Part shown: one piece after another, positions 58,188 through 64,000 of the stretch
Position numbering within the stretch: position 1 is the stretch's first letter
How the letters are laid out: each line of letters begins with the position of its first letter
DNA from: Chitinophagaceae bacterium
GTDB lineage: Bacteria > Bacteroidota > Bacteroidia > Chitinophagales > Chitinophagaceae
Assembly (NCBI GenBank): GCA_016720825.1
Contig: JADKJV010000001.1
Location: 140,930 to 204,929, forward strand
Direction: 5' to 3'
Length of the DNA: 64,000 nucleotides
Translations under genes and position numbers: made by a program
Notes under the pieces: generated by a model
Told to the model about the DNA's origin: nothing
The model's database searches: none
The model's input: only the letters and a program-made list of their open reading frames with translations

Positions 58188-58784
58188 TGCAGGCAAGCGG
58201 TTTAACCGCGACTGGATCTTCCGTCATCTCAGTTTTCAATTTGAATCAGAAATTCCTATGCAATCACCGGGTCAAACGGATCCGGGAAGAGCACATTGCT
58301 GCAGGTACTCAGCGGCAGCATGATGGTGAATGAAGGCAAAATTGATTTCGCACTCAATGGCAGGAACTGCCCCGTGGAAAACGTATACCGCCATGTTTCC
58401 TACTGCGCCCCTTACCTGGAAGTAATAGAAGAAATGACACTGACGGAATTCCTGGAATTCCACGCAGGCTTTAAACCATTTTTACCCGGCATTGATACCA
58501 AACTGATCATCCAGACCCTCGGACTTGAAAAAGCAGTCAACAAACAAATCCGGTATTACTCTTCCGGTATGAAACAGCGGGTGAAACTGGCACAATGTAT
58601 TTTCTCCGACAGCAGGATCATATTACTGGATGAGCCTTGTACCAACCTCGACCAGGCAGGGATTGATTTATACCACCAGCTGATTGAACAATATGGTAAA
58701 GACAGGCTGATTGTGGTGAGCAGTAATGATGAAGTGGAATACAGGTTCTGCAAGGCTAAGTTGCAGATGAATGATTATAAGTAA
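58165..58784 (+). pseudogene. ABC transporter ATP-binding protein; frame broken near 58247-58252 (one nucleotide missing)
   Basis: The ATG at 58165/58168 overlaps the lpxA end (MMTISLSDAGKRFNRDWIFRHLSFQFES). The next frame gives NSYAITGSNGSGKSTLLQVLSG (Walker A). ORF 58296..58784 has YSSGMKQRV and LLDEP. Span is 620 nt, which is 3n+2. Confidence 0.8.
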
Positions 58785-59028
58785 TTACACCCCTCGAGTC
58801 CCACACGCAGAGCAGCAGGTTTGCCATTTCCTTTGTTACAATTAATGACGTTTAATTTAATTTACCGCAACCATTGAGGAGTAGTCAGAATGTCCGTAAG
58901 AAGCAGTATGACATGATGAAAAATCTATTACACCTCATTAGTACATGAACGGACCGTAGTGTATTAGATAAAACGCAGGAATTTCCTGACTTCGGACATC
59001 CGGACTCCGGACTTTCCGATTTGTGTTT

Positions 59029-60243
59029 CTACCGCTGACTGGCAATCAGCAAATTCAGATCTGTATATTTCAGATCAAACCGCTGGCTGAGGTATAAATT
59101 GGTGAGGGCACCTTTGAATAAATAAAGTCCGTGGCGCAGGTGGATCTGGTGCCAGATCAGGTTTTCAAAACCGCCTTCTTCGCCGGCTTCGAGTAAAAGG
59201 GGCATCAGTACATTGCTGATGGCCTGGGAAGCTGTGCGTGAAAAACCAGAGGGAATATTAGGTACACAGTAATGAATAACGCCGTATTTGGTGAATACAG
59301 GTAATTCATGGGAAGTAATTTCAGAGGTTTCAAAACAACCGCCGCGGTCAATACTCACATCAATGATTACAGAACCGGGGCGCATATTGCTCACCATTTC
59401 TTCGGTAACCACCATGGGCGTACGGCCGGTTTCCAGAACCTAAAGCACCAACGGCCACTTCGCAGGTTTTAAGCTGCTTGGCGAGCATACGTGGTTCGAT
59501 CACTGATGTCCAGAGACGCTGCCCGATATTATTCTGCAGCCTTTTCAGCCGGTACACATTATTGTCGAACACTTTTACGGATGCACCGAGTGCGAGGGCC
59601 GCGCGGGCAGCATATTCACCTACGATACCGGCACCGATGATAATCACTTTTGTGGGGGCAATACCGGAAATGCCACCCAGCAGCACACCTTTACCATGAT
59701 TGGCAGAGCTGAGGTATTGCGCGGCAATCAGCATGACTGCACTGCCGGCGATTTCGCTCATGCTGCGCACAATGGGATATGAATCGGAGTCGTCTTTTAA
59801 ATTCTCAAAAGAGATCGCTGTGATTTTTTTCTCCATCATCCGCGACAGCACATCCGCTTTCAGTACAGAAATATGAATGGGGGATAATATCAGCTGGCCC
59901 ATTTGCAGCAGGGGCAAATCTTCTTCAATGATGGGTGCACTTTTACAAGTACAGGTGCTTTGAAAACTTCAGCACGGTCATACACAATTTTAGCGCCTGC
60001 TTCACTGTAATCGCGGTCGCGGAAATGCGAGGCTTCACCGGCATTATGTTCCACCACTACCTGGTGGCCGTTATTGATCAGTACACTGACTGCATCCGGT
60101 GTGAGTGCGATACGGTTTTCCTGGAAAGCGATTTCACGGGGAATCCCAATGCTCATCCCTTCAGCCCGGGGTTTGATATCCAGGGTTTCTTCTAGGGTTT
60201 CGTAACTGAATGATGTGCTGATTTTGGGTTTCTGCTGACTCAT
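59029..60243 (-). pseudogene. ald: Alanine dehydrogenase (AlaDH/PNT family); two compensating frame breaks (~59931-59936 one nucleotide missing, ~59439-59440 one extra)
   Basis: Three collinear ORFs: 59890..60243, 59360..59917 and 59029..59415. Junctions read ...VLVKVHP|IIEEDLPLLQMG... and ...VAVGAL|VLETGRTPMVVTEEM.... Contains the NAD motif IIGAGIVG. The outer pieces share one frame. Confidence 0.85.
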
Positions 60244-60289
60244 GAATGCTCGGGTTAAATGGCAGGAAGTTCGGTTTCTATAAAATTAA

Positions 60290-60714
60290 CTAATTCCCGC
60301 TGATTACCAGCCTTCTTGTTTCGTTACCCGGGAGGTCAATATGGAAATGCAGGGTCCCCGGCGGAAACAGTCCGGGTGCTTTTTCAGGCCACTCCACCAG
60401 GCAGATATGGTCGCTGTAAAAACAATCTTCCACCCCGGCCCGGATGGCCTCTTCTTCATCTTTCAAACGATAGAGGTCAATATGATAGATCTTCCGGGTC
60501 TGTCCGGATTCTTCATAATAATATTCATTAATCAGGGAGAAAGTCGGACTGCTCACGGCATCTTTCACGCCTTTTTGCATACACATGGCATGTACTAGGG
60601 TTGTTTTCCGGCACCCATGGAACCATGCAGGGCAATCACCCGGGCACCGGCTGCCTGTTCCCAGCACCAGCGGGCCACATCATCCAGCTCTGATTTGGTA
60701 AAAAGCCTTTCCAT
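60290..60714 (-). pseudogene. tsaE: tRNA t6A37 biosynthesis ATPase TsaE; frame broken in the A/T run 60604-60607 (one nucleotide missing)
   Basis: ATG at 60714 (MERLFTKSELDD...ALHGSMGAGK) runs into a stop. The next frame continues TTLVHAMC...SPTFSLINEY...HIDLYRL (ORF 60290..60667). Span is 425 nt, which is 3n+2. Confidence 0.85.
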
Positions 60715-60826
60715 AATGCAAATTTAACCGGATATAGCAACCATGTTGTAAACATATTCCGCTTTCCATGAACGCCGCCCGTTTCCCTCCGGTAATTTTG
60801 CATAATACCCAAGCAGCCGATTCATT

Positions 60827-62968
60827 ATGGAAACAATACAGTGGAAAGTGGAAGGCATGGATTGTAACACCTGCGCCATCCACATTCACAAATACCTGGA
60901 AAAACAAGGCATGAAAAATGTCAAAGTGAATTTCGCCACCGGCGATGTGCTCTTTGACGCAGCCACCACCCCCGGCGAAAAAATTGCCAAAGGCATTGCC
61001 GACCTCGGTTATACCGTGGTTGACCAGGCCCATGCGGCGGCTGATCACCATCACGATCATAGCAAAGGATTCCTGGGCACACAGGGACAACGGTTTTTAT
61101 TCTGCCTCCCCTTTACGGCAATATTGCTCCTGCATATGATTCCGGCGCTGCATCACCAGCCTGCTTTCCACTGGCTGATGGATCCCTGGATTCAGATGCT
61201 CGTTACCCTGCCGGTATTCATACTGGGTATGATCGTATTCGGCAAAAGCGCCTGGAAAAGCCTGCGCAATAAGATGCCAAACATGAACGTGCTGATTGCC
61301 CTCGGTGCAGTAGCATCATTCGGGTATAGTTTATACGGCACACTCACCGGACAGGCCCAGCAATATCTTTTTTACGAAACAACAGCCACCATCATCACAC
61401 TGGTCTTCCTGGGGAATTACCTGGAAGATGCATCAATCGCTTCCACGCAAAGAGCCCTGAATAAACTGGCGCGGAACCAGAAAGTGATGGCCAATATGAT
61501 TGCCTTTGATGATGAACACCGCGAGCAGATCTTCCAGGTGGAAAATACACAGCTGCGTGTGGGTGATCTGCTGCTGATCAAAAGCGGTGAACAGGTTCCG
61601 ATTGATGCAAAAATTTTATGGGGTGAAGCCAGGGTGAATGAAGCGATCATTTCCGGAGAGAGCGTGCCGGTACATAAAGGCCCCAAAGATGTATTGATCG
61701 GCGGCAGCATCCTGCAGGATGGTACTATTAAAGCGATTGTAACCGCTGTAGGAAATGATACCGTGTTATCCGGTATCCTCAACATGGTGAAAAAAGCGCA
61801 GGGTGAAAAACCACCCATGCAGTTGCTCGCTGATAAAATCAGCGGCATATTTATTCCTGTTGTACTGGGTATCGCCGGCATTACGGTACTGGTAAACTGG
61901 CTGGTCCTGCAGGAATTTACGCCTTCCCTGATGCGCGGTATTGCAGTGCTGGTGATTGCCTGCCCCTGTGCTATGGGACTGGCCACGCCGGCAGCCATTG
62001 CTGTTGGACTGGGTCGTGCAGCCAAAACGGGGATCCTGTTCCGTAATGCCACGAGCCTTGAATTATTCAAGAATATTTCCCAGGTTGTATTCGATAAAAC
62101 CGGAACACTCACAACCGGGAAATTCCAGCTGAAGGCTTTTCAGAACCTTGACAACTCCATGCGTGAGGAAGATTTCAAAAAAACAGTTTACTCCATGGAG
62201 AAATTTTCCAATCACCCGCTGGCTAAAGCCATCAGTGCAGAATGGAAAACAAAAGATGAACTCCGCTGGAAAAAAATCGAGGAAATAAAAGGCATGGGCA
62301 TGAAAGCCCTCGATGCGGAAGGGAATACATGGATTGCCGGTTCATTTGGGTTTGTAAAAGAATTTACAAACGATGATACCCACAATGTATATATTCTTAA
62401 AAACGAAAAACTCGCCGGCTGGATTGATGTAAGCGATGAAACCAGGCCGGAAGCCAAACAGGTAATCAGTTACCTGCAGGGCCGCGGCATTAAAACCATC
62501 CTGCTGAGCGGTGATAAAAAAGAAACCTGCGATAGGCTGGCTGCAGAACTGGGTATTGAAACGGTATATGCGGAACAAAGTCCTGCCGAGAAGCTGGCCA
62601 AAGTGGAAGAACTGGATAATGCAGGCCCCGTAGCCATGGTGGGTGATGGTATCAACGATGCACCGGCCCTGGCCAAAGCCACGATCGGTATTTCCATGAG
62701 TGATGCCACACAGGTGGCTGTGGAAAGCGCACAGGTTGTGTTGATGAATCATGGCTTGCAGCATCTCCCCGAAGCACTGGGCCTGGGTAAGCATACTTAT
62801 ATCACGATCCGCCAGAATCTATTCTGGGCCTTTGCCTATAACGTAATAGCAATACCTGTTGCTGCACTTGGTTATTTAAGACCTGAATTCGGTGCATTGG
62901 TAATGGGATTGAGTGATGTGGTTCTTGCCGTGAATTCTGCCCGACTGTTTATCAAAAAAGTAACCTGA
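60827..62968 (+). CDS. Heavy-metal (probably Cu+) translocating P1B-type ATPase
   Basis: 713 aa. Contains an HMA domain (VEGMDCNTCAIHI), a CPC in the TM helix (ACPCAMGLATP), DKTGTLT and GDGINDAPAL. Confidence 0.9.
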   Translation: METIQWKVEGMDCNTCAIHIHKYLEKQGMKNVKVNFATGDVLFDAATTPGEKIAKGIADLGYTVVDQAHAAADHHHDHSKGFLGTQGQRFLFCLPFTAILLLHMIPALHHQPAFHWLMDPWIQMLVTLPVFILGMIVFGKSAWKSLRNKMPNMNVLIALGAVASFGYSLYGTLTGQAQQYLFYETTATIITLVFLGNYLEDASIASTQRALNKLARNQKVMANMIAFDDEHREQIFQVENTQLRVGDLLLIKSGEQVPIDAKILWGEARVNEAIISGESVPVHKGPKDVLIGGSILQDGTIKAIVTAVGNDTVLSGILNMVKKAQGEKPPMQLLADKISGIFIPVVLGIAGITVLVNWLVLQEFTPSLMRGIAVLVIACPCAMGLATPAAIAVGLGRAAKTGILFRNATSLELFKNISQVVFDKTGTLTTGKFQLKAFQNLDNSMREEDFKKTVYSMEKFSNHPLAKAISAEWKTKDELRWKKIEEIKGMGMKALDAEGNTWIAGSFGFVKEFTNDDTHNVYILKNEKLAGWIDVSDETRPEAKQVISYLQGRGIKTILLSGDKKETCDRLAAELGIETVYAEQSPAEKLAKVEELDNAGPVAMVGDGINDAPALAKATIGISMSDATQVAVESAQVVLMNHGLQHLPEALGLGKHTYITIRQNLFWAFAYNVIAIPVAALGYLRPEFGALVMGLSDVVLAVNSARLFIKKVT

Positions 62969-63044
62969 GTTTTTTAACCGTTTTATGATTCAGTCAGGGG
63001 AATAATCCGGTAAGAAGGATTAATTTCAGTGTTCAAAGTCAGGC

Positions 63045-64000
63045 ATGCTGCAGATGAAATGTTTGAGATGGCTTCCCTTCCTCCTGTTGCTGCTGGTATT
63101 CAACCAGCTTCCTGCCCAAACTAATTTATTACTGAACGGGAATTTTGAAGACATCAACACCTGCACCGAATACCAGGCTGAATGCGGTGTGGAAGGCTGG
63201 TTTTACCTGAAAGAAGTGAAGGCGCAGATGTTGTCGCATGAAGGTGACTCCGGTTTACTCGGCAATAATTCCTACGGCATTTATTCCAACTGGGGCGGTT
63301 ATACCGGATTTGTTCCCATGATAGGAACCATCATCCCCTGCCGGATGCAGGCCGGTAAACAATACACTTTCCGCGGATGGATTAAAGCGAGTCTTCACCC
63401 CAAACTGTTACTGAAACCAGGCATCGCACTCGGACCGCGTTTTTATGTGCCTAACCGGAAGTTCATTACTGACCTGCGGGTTGACAGTATGGAAAACCTC
63501 ACAGCAACTAAAGTCCCCGAATTTTACCAGTTTGAATATCATTTTACTGCAAAAGGAAATGAGAAGTACCTCACATTCGGCACACTCATCCACACAGATA
63601 CTTCCGGCGCTAAAAAAGCTTTCTTCGGATCAACCGTGGTGATGGTTGAGCTCGATCATTTTGAACTGGTACCCGATGATCCCACTGAAATATTGTGCGA
63701 CCGTTATTTGCTGAACAAGGAACTGATTTACCGGTATGACTCCAGGCATAAAGAAATGGACTATGCATTATTTGGCCGGGGTGATCTTGAAATAAATTTC
63801 CCGGGAGCGGATACGTTATATTTTACAAGGAAGAAAATCATCCCGCCCCCGCCCAAAACTGATACACTGAAATTATCGGATGTATTGTTTGATTTCAACA
63901 AAGCGGTGCTGAAACCGGATGCGCTGAAAATGCTGGACAAATATTTTGCTGATCATAACAGTGCAGGGACCATTGACAGTATTTATGTAGAAGGACATAC
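63045..64000 (+). CDS. OmpA-domain protein (partial; continues beyond the window end)
   Basis: I translated this by hand from ATG 63045. The frame stays open to 64000. There is a signal peptide (LLLLLVFNQLPAQ). The end reads LSDVLFDFNKAVLKPDALKMLDKY, which is typical of an OmpA-like domain start. It is not in the supplied ORF track because it has no stop in the window. Confidence 0.7.
   Translation, partial: MLQMKCLRWLPFLLLLLVFNQLPAQTNLLLNGNFEDINTCTEYQAECGVEGWFYLKEVKAQMLSHEGDSGLLGNNSYGIYSNWGGYTGFVPMIGTIIPCRMQAGKQYTFRGWIKASLHPKLLLKPGIALGPRFYVPNRKFITDLRVDSMENLTATKVPEFYQFEYHFTAKGNEKYLTFGTLIHTDTSGAKKAFFGSTVVMVELDHFELVPDDPTEILCDRYLLNKELIYRYDSRHKEMDYALFGRGDLEINFPGADTLYFTRKKIIPPPPKTDTLKLSDVLFDFNKAVLKPDALKMLDKYFADHNSAGTIDSIYVEGH

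Noticed and set aside
8977-60714. Programmed ribosomal frameshifting or transcriptional slippage as the explanation for the split genes
   Set aside because: The breaks occur in many unrelated genes, in both +1 and -1 directions, and at short generic homopolymers. There are no slippery heptamers and no downstream structures. None of these gene families is known to use recoding. Sequencing error is the more economical explanation.

Overview
This 64-kb window looks like Bacteroidota chromosome, probably Chitinophagia/Sphingobacteriia-like. That assignment is an inference from gldF/gldG, several T9SS C-terminal sorting domains, a murF-alr fusion and a TAnnTTTG-type promoter box. Most of it is ordinary, densely packed housekeeping DNA at roughly half G+C by eye. 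Recognisable genes include gltX, fumC, lspA, murF/alr, iscS-iscU-iscA, mce, rnc, fabF-acpP, ileS, lpxA, ald, tsaE and a Cu/heavy-metal P-type ATPase.

Four things stand out.

1. The first ~3 kb is visibly A+T-rich. It carries a heavily decayed Eco57I-like type IIG restriction-modification gene and runs to within ~190 bp of the 3' end of tRNA-Ser(GGA). I read this as the edge of an old integrated island.
2. At least 13 conserved genes, including essential ones, are broken by single-nucleotide frame shifts, mostly at short homopolymers or dinucleotide runs. I read this as assembly or sequencing error rather than real gene decay, and it limits every start/stop call here.
3. Several intergenic spacers contain an unusual repeat. 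Two arms made of tandem heptamers (GTTGGAG / CAACCTC, or GTGGAAA / TTTCAAC) lie in inverted orientation around a ~90-210 nt core. Two copies ~20 kb apart share a 21-nt identical stretch and a conserved core motif.
4. One co-oriented envelope gene cluster next to an AraC regulator (48.3-57.3 kb) has no assigned function that I know of. It encodes an HmuY-like lipoprotein, a TonB-dependent receptor, a SprB-repeat protein with a C-terminal heme-c-like domain, a DUF5777-like barrel, YceI, an OB-fold protein and a CXXCH lipoprotein.

Other features worth noting:
- a circularly permuted ATP-grasp / alpha-E / transglutaminase cassette
- two paralogous tail-fibre-like secreted proteins
- a collagen-repeat lipoprotein
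- a DksA/TraR-like protein with a histone-H1-like Lys/Ala/Pro tail

I found no CRISPR array, rRNA, transposase or integrase.
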